This document shows, one piece after another, positions 1 through 9,878 of a stretch of DNA of 64,000 nt (positions are counted from its first letter, which is position 1; every line of letters starts with the position of its first letter). A model generated the notes under the pieces. The model was not told the DNA's origin. It saw only the letters and a list, made by a program, of their open reading frames with translations, and did not search any database. The position numbers and the translations under genes were made by a program. The DNA lies in NCBI GenBank assembly GCA_035495615.1, contig DATJFP010000097.1:4495-68494 (forward strand), written 5' to 3'. Origin of the DNA: Verrucomicrobiia bacterium (GTDB lineage Bacteria; Omnitrophota; Omnitrophia; Omnitrophales; Aquincolibacteriaceae).

Positions 1-194
1 CAGGTGCTGAGGTGAGCAAAGGTTCGGCCGCCCCGGCGGTAGAGGCCAGCGGAAAAAATCCCACAAGCAAGACAAAGGACAATTTCTTCATAGGGATCCT
101 TCTCTAATGGTTCATGCCCGCAAGCTTTTTACCGCATAAAGGTCTCATGTTGAATAAGGATTCCCATGAGAACGATGTAAGGTTTGCGTAAAGA

Positions 195-536
195 ATGAGA
201 CTCGTTTTCCCTGAGCGAAAAAAGCTTTATCGCCCGGAGCCGAGGCGGTATGCTGATGCCATGGAAACGGACAAAAATCCTTTTGAAGGCCATGAACTGC
301 AATTCCCTCTGAACTGCCATTTCCGTATCGTGGCCCAGAACGTGCCCGGCATCCGCGAAAGCCTGGAAGCCGTTCTCCGGGGCCTGGACATACAGTCGCC
401 GCTGCAGGAAGGCCAGGCCTCGGCCAAAGGCGCCTACCGCACTTTTAATTTCGACGTCGAGATCGAGTCGCGCGAAGCCATGAACCGCATCGACTCGAGC
501 CTCCGCCAAAATCCCAACGTCAAGATGGTCCTCTAG
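195..536 (+). CDS. DUF493/YbeD-like (UPF0250) small protein
   Basis: 113 aa. The C-terminal ...NRIDSSLRQNPNVKMVL resembles the YbeD-family C-terminus (…VRMVL), and size and layout match UPF0250. Confidence 0.45.
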   Translation: MRLVFPERKKLYRPEPRRYADAMETDKNPFEGHELQFPLNCHFRIVAQNVPGIRESLEAVLRGLDIQSPLQEGQASAKGAYRTFNFDVEIESREAMNRIDSSLRQNPNVKMVL

Positions 537-538
537 CC

Positions 539-1687
539 ATGGAAAAATTCCGGATCGCGGTTCTTGCGATGCTGCTCCTTACTCCCGCGGCGCATGCGGA
601 GGAAAAGGTGACGGCCGTTCCCGCCTTCCCGCATCTTTCTTTTGAGCAGCCCGTGGACCTTCAAGCGCCCGGCGACGGCTCCGGACGCCTCTTCGTCGTC
701 GAACAGAACGGGACGATCCGGGTCTTTGCCAATGATCCCGAGGTCCGGGAAAGCGCGGTTTTCCTGGATATTCACGAACGCATCGCGCAGGAGCACAGCG
801 AAGAAGGCTTGCTGGGTCTGGCCTTTCATCCGGATTTCAAGACCAACGGTTTTTTTTACGTGAATTACACCGCGCCCGATCCTCTCAGGACCGTGATCGC
901 GCGCTACAGCGTCAGTGCGCAGGACCCTCAGAAGGCCGACCCCGCGAGTGAAAAAGTCGTTCTCGAGTTTCTCCAGCCGTACGCCAATCACAACGGCGGG
1001 CAGATCGCCTTCGGGCCGGACGGTTTCCTGTACATTGCCGCCGGGGACGGCGGTTCCGGCGGCGACCCGCACGGCAACGGCCAAAGCCGGGGCACGCTGC
1101 TGGGCAAGATCCTGCGGATCGACGTGAACCGAGAGGAAAAGGGGCTGGCATACGCCATCCCTGGGGACAATCCTTACGCCGGCAATCATGAAGGCCTGCG
1201 CGAAGAAATCTTCGCGTACGGGCTTCGCAATCCCTGGCGGTTCAGCTTTGATTCCCAGGGGCGGTTATGGGCGGGGGACGTGGGACAGGACCGGATCGAG
1301 GAAATCGACCGGATCGAGAAAGGAAAAAATTACGGCTGGAATGTGATGGAGGGAAGCCTTTGTTTTTCCCCGGACGAAGGGTGCCCGCGCGAAGGCTTGG
1401 AACTTCCGGTGGCGGAATATGGACGGGACAAGGGCCAGTGCGTGACCGGAGGCCACGTTTACGAAGGTGAGGCTGTTCCTTATCTCAAAGGCCGCTATGT
1501 GTACGCGGATTTTCTCAGCAACCGCGTCTGGGCGCTCCGGGAAAAGCCGGACGGCGGCTTTGAGCCCGAAGAGCTGATGCAGACTTCTTTTCATACGGCC
1601 TCGTTCGGGGTGGACGAGAAGAAAGAACTGTATTTCTGCGCCTTTGACGGGCAGATCTACCGGCTTGAAGCCGCGGGAAAAGCCTGA
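539..1687 (+). CDS. PQQ-dependent soluble sugar (aldose/sorbosone) dehydrogenase, secreted
   Basis: N-terminal signal peptide MEKFRIAVLAMLLLTPAAHA. Carries the HNGGQIAFGPDGFLYIAAGDGG and YGLRNPWRFSFD motifs typical of the GSDH/YliI six-bladed beta-propeller family. Confidence 0.7.
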   Translation: MEKFRIAVLAMLLLTPAAHAEEKVTAVPAFPHLSFEQPVDLQAPGDGSGRLFVVEQNGTIRVFANDPEVRESAVFLDIHERIAQEHSEEGLLGLAFHPDFKTNGFFYVNYTAPDPLRTVIARYSVSAQDPQKADPASEKVVLEFLQPYANHNGGQIAFGPDGFLYIAAGDGGSGGDPHGNGQSRGTLLGKILRIDVNREEKGLAYAIPGDNPYAGNHEGLREEIFAYGLRNPWRFSFDSQGRLWAGDVGQDRIEEIDRIEKGKNYGWNVMEGSLCFSPDEGCPREGLELPVAEYGRDKGQCVTGGHVYEGEAVPYLKGRYVYADFLSNRVWALREKPDGGFEPEELMQTSFHTASFGVDEKKELYFCAFDGQIYRLEAAGKA

Positions 1688-1722
1688 TTGTTCAAAACGA
1701 GACCGGCGCTATAATACCTCCC

Positions 1723-3084
1723 ATGATCGCAAGACTACTGAACTACCTGAACCATGACCTCTGGCGAGTGCGCGCACGCACGCTGCCGCGCCGGCGGTCT
1801 TTGGTCGTCCGCACCCTGCGCATCCTCATGCTGTCCTTCAAGGAATTCAACGGCGACCAATGCTCGCTCCGGGCTTCCGCGCTGACGTTTTATTCTTTCC
1901 TGTCCATCGTGCCTCTGTTTGCCATGGCTTTCGGCATCGCCAAGGGGTTCGGACTCGAACAAGTCCTGCAGACCCGGCTCCTGGAGGAGATGAAAGGCCA
2001 GGAAGAAGCCATGAACCGCATCATCCAGTTTTCGCAGGTGATGCTGCAGAACACCCAGGGCGGCGTCATCGCGGGCATCGGCGTCATCCTTCTCTTTTGG
2101 ACCGTGATGAAGGTGCTGACCAACGTCGAGGACGCGTTCAATCACATCTGGAGGGTGCAGAAAGGCCGGAGCTGGGGCCGCAAGTTCTCGGATTACCTGT
2201 CCTTCATGCTGATCTACCCGATTTTTCTGATCCTGGCGAGCAGCCTCACGATTTACGTGGTGAGCCAGCTTTCCGAGCTGACGCGCGAATTGTCCTTCCT
2301 GGGCCGGATCGGGCCTGTCGTCCTGGGGACGCTGCAATTTCTGCCGTACCTCGTGCATTGCGGGCTCCTGACATATCTGTATATCTTCATGCCCAACACG
2401 CGCATCCCATTTTCCTCCGGGCTGCTGGGCGGGATGGTCGGCGGCATCACCTACCAGGTCGTGCAGAAGATCTATATCTATTTCCAGATCGAAGTGGCCA
2501 AGCTGGGCGCGATCTACGGCAGCTTTGCCGCGCTGCCCCTTTTCCTGCTGTGGCTGCAGATGAGCTGGATCATCATCCTGTTCGGGGCCGAGATCTCGTT
2601 TTCCCATCAGTACGAAGAAGCCTACGAATTCAGCGAAGACGCGGACCGGGCCAGTCCGGCGCTGCGAAGGCTGCTGTCCTTGTGGGTCACGGCTTACTGC
2701 GTGAAGGGGTTCCAGGCGGGAAGGGGGCCCGTGGGATTCAACGAGCTCTGGGAAAAACTCGACATTCCTGTCCGGCTTTTGAGGCCGCTTCTGTCGCAGC
2801 TCGCGGGCGCCGGCATCCTGGTCGAGCTGGCCGACGAACACGGAACGGTCAATGCGTATCAACCCGCCCGGGACATCGGCCAGATGTCGGTGAGTTCGGT
2901 CCTCGAAGCGCTGGACAACCGCGGCGATTATAATTTCCCGATGGAAAAGCACGGGGATCTCGGCCAGCTGAAAGCCATCCTGGGCTCGTTTTCCGAAACG
3001 ATCCAGAAATCGCCCCGCAATATCCTTCTCAAAGACCTCGACGACACGGGAAACGTGCCGCTGACCCCGCCCGTCCGCGCCTGA
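1723..3084 (+). CDS. YihY/BrkB family inner-membrane protein
   Basis: Contains the ASALTFYSFLSIVPLFAMAFGIA segment and multiple TM helices, as in the YihY/virulence-factor BrkB (ribonuclease BN-like) family. 453 aa. Confidence 0.7.
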   Translation: MIARLLNYLNHDLWRVRARTLPRRRSLVVRTLRILMLSFKEFNGDQCSLRASALTFYSFLSIVPLFAMAFGIAKGFGLEQVLQTRLLEEMKGQEEAMNRIIQFSQVMLQNTQGGVIAGIGVILLFWTVMKVLTNVEDAFNHIWRVQKGRSWGRKFSDYLSFMLIYPIFLILASSLTIYVVSQLSELTRELSFLGRIGPVVLGTLQFLPYLVHCGLLTYLYIFMPNTRIPFSSGLLGGMVGGITYQVVQKIYIYFQIEVAKLGAIYGSFAALPLFLLWLQMSWIIILFGAEISFSHQYEEAYEFSEDADRASPALRRLLSLWVTAYCVKGFQAGRGPVGFNELWEKLDIPVRLLRPLLSQLAGAGILVELADEHGTVNAYQPARDIGQMSVSSVLEALDNRGDYNFPMEKHGDLGQLKAILGSFSETIQKSPRNILLKDLDDTGNVPLTPPVRA

Positions 3085-3104
3085 AATTCCATCCCGCAAA
3101 AAAA

Positions 3105-3121
3105 ATCGAAATTTATTTCGA
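3105..3121. terminator. short hairpin (TCGAAAT-TTA-ATTTCGA) between an A-tract and a T-tract
   Basis: The sequence aaaaaaaTCGAAATttaTTTCGAAttttgtt sits right after the YihY stop codon. It could be a weak, bidirectional rho-independent terminator. Confidence 0.3.
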
Positions 3122-3197
3122 ATTTTGTTAAGCCCCGGTCCGTCCTGTGCCGATATCTTTGCCCCTTTAAAATCGTGTTTCGACTCAGGAGCCGGCC

Positions 3198-3950
3198 ATG
3201 GAAACGAAAAACACCCTCAATCACTCCCAAATCATCATCCTCGGACTCTGCCTCTTCGCGGCCTCGGTGCTTTCCACCGTGATCCTGTCGCGAACGCTGG
3301 TCCAGATCAAGAAATTCAGCCAGGAAGTCATTACCGTGACCGGCTCGGCCGAGACCCAGATCGTTTCCGACGACGCGGTGTGGCGCTGCGAGTTCTGGAG
3401 AAGGGACCCGGCCATGACCCAGGCCTTTGCGCTTGTCCGCGGCGATTTGAAAGAGGTTCAGGAGTACCTGCTTTCGAAAGGCGTGAAGCCCGAGGAAATC
3501 ACCGTGGAGCAGGCGTCCACGTCCACGATTTACCGGAAAAACGAGAAGGGGAACGACACCAACGACATCGAGGGCTACCAGATCCTTCAGTCCTTGGCCG
3601 TGAGAAGCCGCGGCGTGGGCAAAATCGCCGAGCTTTCCCGGATTTCCACGGAACTGATCGACAAGGGAATCCAGTTCACGTCGCTGCAGCCGGAATACTT
3701 TTATACGGGACTGGCCGGACTGAAGCTGGAAATGCTGGCCCGGGCAACGGAAAACGCCAGGGAGCGGGCGGAGAACATGGCTCAGGCCACGGGGAACAAG
3801 ATTGGGTTCATGAGGTCGGCCAAAATGGGCGTTTTTCAGATCACGCCCGTGACTTCTTACGAGATTTCAGACTGGGGGACCAACGACACTTCTTCTTTGG
3901 AGAAGAAGGTGACAGCCGTCGTGAACGTCAGCTTTGCGATCGCGAGTTAG
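3198..3950 (+). CDS. SIMPL (DUF541) domain periplasmic protein
   Basis: 250 aa with an N-terminal TM/signal anchor. Size and sequence feel match the 26 kDa periplasmic immunogenic protein/SIMPL family. Called from pattern memory only. Confidence 0.45.
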   Translation: METKNTLNHSQIIILGLCLFAASVLSTVILSRTLVQIKKFSQEVITVTGSAETQIVSDDAVWRCEFWRRDPAMTQAFALVRGDLKEVQEYLLSKGVKPEEITVEQASTSTIYRKNEKGNDTNDIEGYQILQSLAVRSRGVGKIAELSRISTELIDKGIQFTSLQPEYFYTGLAGLKLEMLARATENARERAENMAQATGNKIGFMRSAKMGVFQITPVTSYEISDWGTNDTSSLEKKVTAVVNVSFAIAS

Positions 3951-3957
3951 CCTGGGA

Positions 3958-4269
3958 TCAAGCCGCCACGGCTTCATGGCGGTCATGGAGCGACTTGATG
4001 TGCTTCCACTTCCGTTCGGCCGAGTGGTAGTCGTGCTTAAGCTGCCTGATGTTCTCTTCGTAGGTGATTTTTTTGAGCGTCCCGGCCACGTTTTCGACAT
4101 GTTCCAGCGTCAGGTCCAGCATTTCAGCTTCCTGAAGCTTTACGTGGACGACGATTTTGAGTTCCTGGGACTCTTCGTAATCACTGAGCTTAATCTGGGC
4201 GTACAGGTCCTCAAAATCCTTCCGCAGGGACGACATCTTTTTCTTCAAAAGCATACGGCTTATTTCCAT
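3958..4269 (-). CDS. hypothetical small charged protein
   Basis: The ORF on the track is 3958..4326. An internal ATG (MEISRML…) at 4269 gives 103 aa. The protein is Lys/Glu-rich with no recognisable motif, and it borders an AT-rich intergenic island. Confidence 0.3.
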   Translation of the reverse strand: MEISRMLLKKKMSSLRKDFEDLYAQIKLSDYEESQELKIVVHVKLQEAEMLDLTLEHVENVAGTLKKITYEENIRQLKHDYHSAERKWKHIKSLHDRHEAVAA

Positions 4270-4457
4270 AAAATCCCCCTTTCCAAGGATGACCCGATGC
4301 TGTAAGTATCGCCCCCGGGCAGGCAAAACTTAATCCTCTTAAAGTCTTTTTTTCGAACTTTAAATTGTCCGGCAAGGCCGTCCTTCCGGCCTCAGCAAGT
4401 TCGCGTCAATGATGAGGAAGCGGAAAGAAAAAAATTTCAAAAAAATATTTTTTTGCC

Positions 4458-5174
4458 TTGTCGCAAGCGCGCCTTCCGATTATAGTAACAATAGTAACGA
4501 AAGCATCAATATCCGCAGTCAGGGAGCACCCGGTGGAAGAAACAACAGTCGAGAGACGGCGCGGCAGCCAAGTGGGACAAGCGTTTGTGACGTGTCTCCA
4601 AATTTGCTCCCTCTTCGCCGCGTGCGCGCTCTGGATCCGCATCGGGATCGGCACCATCGAAAATTGCGCGCTTCTCCGGCTTCCCATCGTTCCCGTGGTT
4701 TCGCACCAGCCGCTCGGCAAGATCCAGCACGGTTACCTGAAGGCGACTCTGCCTACGCAGTATTTCATCAAGATCCAGGCGCGCAATATCGAGGAAACGA
4801 TCGCGCTGCTGGCGCCGAAAACGCCCAAAGCCGCGCCTGCCGTGAAAGTCGAGATGAAAACCGAAGCGCCCAAGCCCCAGGTCGAGACTGCGGAACCCGA
4901 ACGCAGGTCTGAGCCCATTGCGGTCGAACCCGCCGAAAATCCCTATACGATCCAGCTGGTCACGTACATGAGTGAGGCGCGCGCCATGCAGGAAGTGGAA
5001 GCCTTGAAAGGCAAAGGCTGCGGCGCTTTTATCATCCCCAGCGGGTCTTATTACCAGGTCTGCATCAATCACTTCGCGGAAAAGCCGCAGGCTCACGAAG
5101 AAATGCTCAAGCTGCAAAATCAGGGCGTTCTCGACGTCTACCAGGGCGCTTACGTGCGCCAAATCCACCGGTAA
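4458..5174 (+). CDS. SPOR-domain (peptidoglycan-binding) protein; start uncertain
   Basis: The C-terminal ~75 aa (YTIQLVTYMSEARAMQEVEALKGKG…AFII…YQVCINHFAEKPQA…) look like a SPOR domain. A Pro/Lys/Ala-rich linker precedes it. The start could instead be the in-frame GTG at 4533, with a possible TM helix (FVTCLQICSLFAACALWIRIGIG). Confidence 0.45.
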   Translation: MSQARLPIIVTIVTKASISAVREHPVEETTVERRRGSQVGQAFVTCLQICSLFAACALWIRIGIGTIENCALLRLPIVPVVSHQPLGKIQHGYLKATLPTQYFIKIQARNIEETIALLAPKTPKAAPAVKVEMKTEAPKPQVETAEPERRSEPIAVEPAENPYTIQLVTYMSEARAMQEVEALKGKGCGAFIIPSGSYYQVCINHFAEKPQAHEEMLKLQNQGVLDVYQGAYVRQIHR

Positions 5175-5347
5175 TTTTTTCCCGCAATTCTCTTCCGGCC
5201 CCCTACCCATTTCGAATTCCGTCAGGTATCCTTCTAAAGGACGCTTTCTTTAAATAAATTAATATAAACGCCTTTGCCAATGAGCAGAGAGTCCGGGTTC
5301 ATAACCCGAGAAAACCGGCGGGCCTTCACCAATCCCAAGGGGAAATA

Positions 5348-6787
5348 ATGGCAGACGAAGAAATTTCCTCCGATTCACTGCGCAAAGAGATCGTCACTCT
5401 CCGCAATCAGATCAACAACCTCAAGTTCGAGCTCAGCAAGCGCGACCTGAAAACCGCGGAAAAAGCCAAGGAAGACGAGTCTCTGAAAGGCATCCGCGAA
5501 TATGCGGCCTGGGTCGTGTTCGCGACGCCCGCCGTCCTTTGCGTGCTCGCGCCTGACGGCACGACGCGCTTCATCAATCCGTTCTGTGAGACTTTCACCG
5601 GTTACCGCGCCGACGAAATGCTCGGCAAAAACTGGTGGCGGCTGTTTTTTCAGGGCGACGATTTCGCCCAGATCGGCAAGCTGCTGCGCGCGCTGGATAA
5701 GGGCGACGTGCGCGACTACGAACTCACGATCACGACCAAGGGCGCGCAGAAACGCACGCTCGCGCACCACTCCATCAACCGCTACGACGAAACGGGAAAG
5801 CTCAAGGAAATCATCCTCGTCGGCATCGACGTCAGCGCCCGCAAGCGCGTGGAAAGCCAGCTGGAACGCAGCGAAGAAAAATTCCGCACGCTCATTTCCA
5901 ACATCCCTTGCGCCGTGTACCGCTGCATCCCCAACGAAGAAAAGTGGACCATGATCCACATGAGCGATTACGTCGAAAAGATCGCGGGTTATTCTTCGTG
6001 GGACTTCATCGAGAACAGGACGATGCCTTATTTCGAAATCATCCATCCCGAGGACCGCGACCACGTGAAGCGTTCGATCAAGACCGGCATGGAAAACCGC
6101 CAGCCGTTCATCGTCGAATACCGCATCAAGCACAAGGACGGGACGATCCGCTGGGTCTACGAAAAAGGCCAGGGCTATTTCGGCAGGGAGAACAAGCTGC
6201 AATGGCTGGACGGCGTGCTGTTCGACATCACCGACCGCAAGGAGATGGAACGCAAACTCGCGGAAACACTCGAGAAGGTCAAAAACCTCTCGCTCACCGA
6301 CGAATTGACGCAGCTTTACAACCGCCGCGGCTTCATCACGCACGCCGAGCAGCAGATCAGGGTTTCCGACCGCAAGAAGCGGCCGATCTCCATCCTGTTC
6401 GCGGACCTGGACGGCATGAAGGAGATCAACGACCAGCTCGGCCACAAGATGGGCGACCAGGCGCTGATCGAAACGGCTGCGATCCTGAACAACACGTTCC
6501 GCAAGGCCGACGTGATCGCGCGGCTCGGCGGCGACGAGTTCGCGGTGCTGGCCGTCGAGACGAACGAGGAAACGGCTGTCGTCATGAGCGACCGCCTGCA
6601 GAAAAATATCCGCGAATTCAACGAGCAGACCGGACTTCCATTTAAGCTGGCGATCAGTACGGGTATTTCGACTTACGATCCGGAAAATCCGTGCTCACTG
6701 GAAAAACTCCTGGAACGCGCCGACGACGAGATGTACAAGATGAAGCGCATCAACAAAGGTTTGGACCGCGACTCACCGGCCGCGTAA
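5348..6787 (+). CDS. PAS-PAS-GGDEF diguanylate cyclase
   Basis: N-terminal coiled coil, two PAS-like segments, and a C-terminal GGDEF domain with an intact RLGGDEF active-site motif and a DxLT(GL)xNRR region. Confidence 0.8.
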   Translation: MADEEISSDSLRKEIVTLRNQINNLKFELSKRDLKTAEKAKEDESLKGIREYAAWVVFATPAVLCVLAPDGTTRFINPFCETFTGYRADEMLGKNWWRLFFQGDDFAQIGKLLRALDKGDVRDYELTITTKGAQKRTLAHHSINRYDETGKLKEIILVGIDVSARKRVESQLERSEEKFRTLISNIPCAVYRCIPNEEKWTMIHMSDYVEKIAGYSSWDFIENRTMPYFEIIHPEDRDHVKRSIKTGMENRQPFIVEYRIKHKDGTIRWVYEKGQGYFGRENKLQWLDGVLFDITDRKEMERKLAETLEKVKNLSLTDELTQLYNRRGFITHAEQQIRVSDRKKRPISILFADLDGMKEINDQLGHKMGDQALIETAAILNNTFRKADVIARLGGDEFAVLAVETNEETAVVMSDRLQKNIREFNEQTGLPFKLAISTGISTYDPENPCSLEKLLERADDEMYKMKRINKGLDRDSPAA

Positions 6788-6798
6788 CGCCCCAGCGG

Positions 6799-7581
6799 TC
6801 AATGCTTCAGTCCCCACTTTTTTTTAAAGAAGTTCAGACCCGTCTTTTTCAGCCACGGGATCGTCAGGATCGACGTGTAATGGCCGAGCGGAAGAAGGAT
6901 AGTTTCGGGCCTGCCGAGTTTTTCCCGCAGCTGCTTGCCGTAGCGGTAGGGAATGACCCGGTCGAAACGTGCCAGGACCATCAGGATGGAAGCCGGATCG
7001 ATCTCTCCGCAAACCTCCATCGGGTCGAGTGTAAAGACTTCCCGCAGGGCCTGGCAGAGCTGGGTCTTCGAATAACCCGTCCTGGCCAGCGCCGCCCGCA
7101 GATAACTCCTCATCAACGGGTCCTCTGAGGCCACGAAAATTTCCGGAATATTGCCGCCCGGCAGCACAAAAACATGGGAGCTCAGGCGTTTGTCCCGCGA
7201 GGCCCACAGGAAATTGGCCACGGCGCCAAAGCTCATGCCGAAGCTGCCGGTTTTTTCCGGATCGATGTCGCCGCGTCCCAGCAAATGGTCGAGGAGCGCC
7301 TGGTTTCTCGAGAGCGTGGCAGAAAGATAATCGTGCAGCTGTTCGAGCCCGAGCGAGTGATCGAAGGAAAAGATATTCCGGTCCATGATGGCCGTGGCGA
7401 GACCGTTCGCGGCAAAATAGCGCGCGAAAAAGCGTTCGAAGAAAAGATCTTCCAGGAACGCGAGGCGGCCCAGCATCGGGGTGATGCAGACAAGAGGAAA
7501 AGGACCTTCGCCCGCGGGAAGATAGAGTTCGTGCGGGTAGGGACGGCTTTCTTGAATGACGCGAACGTTAGTTTTTGACAT
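6799..7581 (-). CDS. alpha/beta-hydrolase fold protein (dienelactone-hydrolase-like)
   Basis: GMSFG nucleophile-elbow (GxSxG) motif. 260 aa, with the typical alpha/beta-hydrolase layout. Confidence 0.55.
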   Translation of the reverse strand: MSKTNVRVIQESRPYPHELYLPAGEGPFPLVCITPMLGRLAFLEDLFFERFFARYFAANGLATAIMDRNIFSFDHSLGLEQLHDYLSATLSRNQALLDHLLGRGDIDPEKTGSFGMSFGAVANFLWASRDKRLSSHVFVLPGGNIPEIFVASEDPLMRSYLRAALARTGYSKTQLCQALREVFTLDPMEVCGEIDPASILMVLARFDRVIPYRYGKQLREKLGRPETILLPLGHYTSILTIPWLKKTGLNFFKKKWGLKH

Positions 7582-7656
7582 TGGAATTGCGATTTCCTAT
7601 TGTATACCGGGTTCGCGATTCCATGAAATTTTTCCTCATCCGCTTTTGGGGGACGC

Positions 7657-8301
7657 ATGCCGTTTGCCGAAACCATGACCGCCGCCACCGATTATCTCCT
7701 GGCCGCGCTGTGCTTTTTCTGGGCGGCCAGGCTGCGCTGGAGTTTCCAGGACGGTTTCCGCGCCCGCCTTTTTTGGGCGCTTCTGTTCGCGGCTTCCGGG
7801 CTTGCCGCGGTGACCGGAGGCACCCACCACGCCCTCGCGGCCCGGAGCGGCGCCTCACCGGATCTTTTGTGGAAGCTTACGCTGTCCAGCATCTTGTTCG
7901 CGAGCTTTTGCCTCGTGGCGGCCGCCGCTTTTTCCTGGACGCGCGGCCCGTGGAGATTTTTTTTGCTCGGGCTGGCCGTCCTGAAAACCGTCTTTTTTGC
8001 AATGAAGGTGGGAAACGACCCAGTCTTCAAATGGGCCGTCCTGGATTATGCATCGGCCATGCTGCTGACGCTTGCCGTTGCCGGAGCCGCGCGCGGCCGC
8101 GGCACGGGAATGATCGCGGGCGGCATCTTGATTTCATTCGCGGCGGCTTATCTTCAACAATCCAAAATCGGGATGGGTGAGCTGCTGAATTACAACGTCC
8201 TCTATCATCTCATCCAGATGGCCGCTTTTTATCTCTTTTTCCGCGGCGCGCGATCCGCCTCGGAGGCCGCGCCGGCAGGGGACTCTCGTGCCGGAACTTA
8301 A
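7657..8301 (+). CDS. hypothetical polytopic membrane protein
   Basis: 214 aa with about 6 hydrophobic helices. I could not place it in a known family. Confidence 0.4.
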   Translation: MPFAETMTAATDYLLAALCFFWAARLRWSFQDGFRARLFWALLFAASGLAAVTGGTHHALAARSGASPDLLWKLTLSSILFASFCLVAAAAFSWTRGPWRFFLLGLAVLKTVFFAMKVGNDPVFKWAVLDYASAMLLTLAVAGAARGRGTGMIAGGILISFAAAYLQQSKIGMGELLNYNVLYHLIQMAAFYLFFRGARSASEAAPAGDSRAGT

Positions 8302-9436
8302 GATCGAGAAACTCGTCTACGGCGGCGACGGCATGGGCTTTCTCGAAGGCAAGGTCTGCTTCGTGGAAGGCGCGCTTCCCGGCGAAAAAGTCGCGGTCGA
8401 AATCTTCCAGGATAAAAAGAATTTTTCCCGCGGACGGCTTGTCTCGATTCTCGAACCGTCGCCCGCGCGCCGGGCGCCCGAGTGTCCGTATGTCGCGTCC
8501 TGCGGCGGCTGCCAGTACCAGCATCTCGCTTATGAAGAAGAACTGCGCTGGAAGGAAAATCAGGTCCGCGACTATTTTGCCCGCGAGCTCAAAACCGATC
8601 CCGGGCGGGTCAAGGCCATCCGCCATGCCGCGAAACCTTACGGCTACCGGAACAGCGTCACGCTCCATGCGGCCCGCGGCGGCGTTCCCGGTTTTTTCGG
8701 CCGCGATAATGAGAGTGTGGTTCCCGTCGCCGAGTGCCTGATCGCGGATCCCGCCCTTGCGCCGGTGTTTTCCCGCAGCATTCCCCAAGGGGAAAAGAAT
8801 CTCAGCTTCCGCCTTTCCGGCGCCGGGGAAATTCTCTCCAGCGCCGACGACCGCCTTTTCCAAGTGAGCCTTTTGGGCGAATCTTTCTGGACGCATTCGC
8901 GGAGCTTTTTCCAAAATAACCTGGCCGTCACGGAGCAGCTCCTCACGCAGGCCCGCGCGTGGGTGGACGAAGCGGGCCCCGATACTTTCATGGATCTTTA
9001 CGCGGGTTCCGGCCTTTTTGCCCTGATGGCCGCGCCGGGCGTGAAGTCCCTTGTGTGCGCGGAAGAAAATCCTTATAGTCTTCAGGCGCTCGAGAAAAAT
9101 CTGGAGGGGCGCCCCGCTTCCGTCGTTTTGGCCGAGGGCCGGGTCGAGTCGTTTTTGCATGAGCTCTGGGAAAAAGAAGCGAAGGGGAAGACTTTTGTCT
9201 TTCTCGACCCGCCGCGCCAGGGGCTGGCGCCGGAAGCCGCGGATTTTTTTGCGCACGACTTCGACGGCGAGGCGCTCGTTTACCTGTCCTGCCACATGGG
9301 CACGCTTCTCAGGGACTTGAAGAAGTTCCAGGCTAATCCCGCTTATGAATTGAAAGAAGTCGTTCCGTTCGACATGTTTCCGAGGACCAAGCACATCGAA
9401 GTCGCGGCTTTTTTCCGCCGCCGAAAGGAGTCTTAA
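8288..9436 (+). CDS. rlmD: 23S rRNA (uracil-C5)-methyltransferase RlmD/RumA family (TRAM + Fe-S + SAM MTase)
   Basis: N-terminal TRAM domain and the cysteine cluster CPYVASCGGCQYQHL for a [4Fe-4S] centre. The C-terminal class I MTase carries the characteristic DMFP..H.E end. Confidence 0.75.
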   Translation: MPELKIEKLVYGGDGMGFLEGKVCFVEGALPGEKVAVEIFQDKKNFSRGRLVSILEPSPARRAPECPYVASCGGCQYQHLAYEEELRWKENQVRDYFARELKTDPGRVKAIRHAAKPYGYRNSVTLHAARGGVPGFFGRDNESVVPVAECLIADPALAPVFSRSIPQGEKNLSFRLSGAGEILSSADDRLFQVSLLGESFWTHSRSFFQNNLAVTEQLLTQARAWVDEAGPDTFMDLYAGSGLFALMAAPGVKSLVCAEENPYSLQALEKNLEGRPASVVLAEGRVESFLHELWEKEAKGKTFVFLDPPRQGLAPEAADFFAHDFDGEALVYLSCHMGTLLRDLKKFQANPAYELKEVVPFDMFPRTKHIEVAAFFRRRKES

Positions 9437-9831
9437 TGCCTACGATTTTCACGAAGATCATCAACGGGGAAATTCCCTGCCACAAGATTGCCGAAAGCGC
9501 CGATTACCTGGCGTTCCTCGATTTGAAGCCGATCCATGCCGGCCACACGCTCGTCATTCCGAAGAAAGAAGTGGATTACATCTTCGACATGGACGACGCC
9601 GCGCTCGGCGGGCTGGTAGCCTTTGCCAAAAAGGTGGCGCATGCGGTTAAAAAGGAAATCTCCTGCAAAAAAATAGGCGTGATGGTCGCGGGGCTTGAAG
9701 TGCCCCACGCTCATATCCACCTCGTTCCCATCCACGGCGTCGGCGACCTGAATTTCGCGAAAGCGCAGCCCGCTTCCCAGGAAGACCTCGCCGCCGTCGC
9801 GGAAAAAATCCGACGCCACTGGAAAGGCTGA
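9436..9831 (+). CDS. HIT-family (histidine triad) nucleotide hydrolase
   Basis: HAHIHLVP histidine-triad motif. 131 aa, starting MPTIFTKIINGEIP as in typical Hint proteins. Confidence 0.8.
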   Translation: MPTIFTKIINGEIPCHKIAESADYLAFLDLKPIHAGHTLVIPKKEVDYIFDMDDAALGGLVAFAKKVAHAVKKEISCKKIGVMVAGLEVPHAHIHLVPIHGVGDLNFAKAQPASQEDLAAVAEKIRRHWKG

Positions 9832-9878
9832 AGTTCCTTCACTTCCGTTCCCTTTTTGCCGTTTTTTAGAAGTAAATC

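Noticed and set aside
1735-3099. 454-aa minus-strand ORF antisense to the YihY/BrkB gene
   Set aside because: The translation is an Arg/Gly/Pro/Asp-rich low-complexity product typical of a high-GC antisense frame. The plus-strand frame has clear family motifs.
5375-6445. 356-aa minus-strand ORF inside the GGDEF gene
   Set aside because: No motifs, and its composition matches a GC-rich shadow ORF. The plus strand encodes intact PAS and GGDEF domains.
7575-8180. 201-aa ORF in an alternate frame overlapping the membrane protein 7657..8301
   Set aside because: Its Arg/Pro/Gly-rich composition points to a frame artefact. The other frame gives a hydrophobic helical protein.
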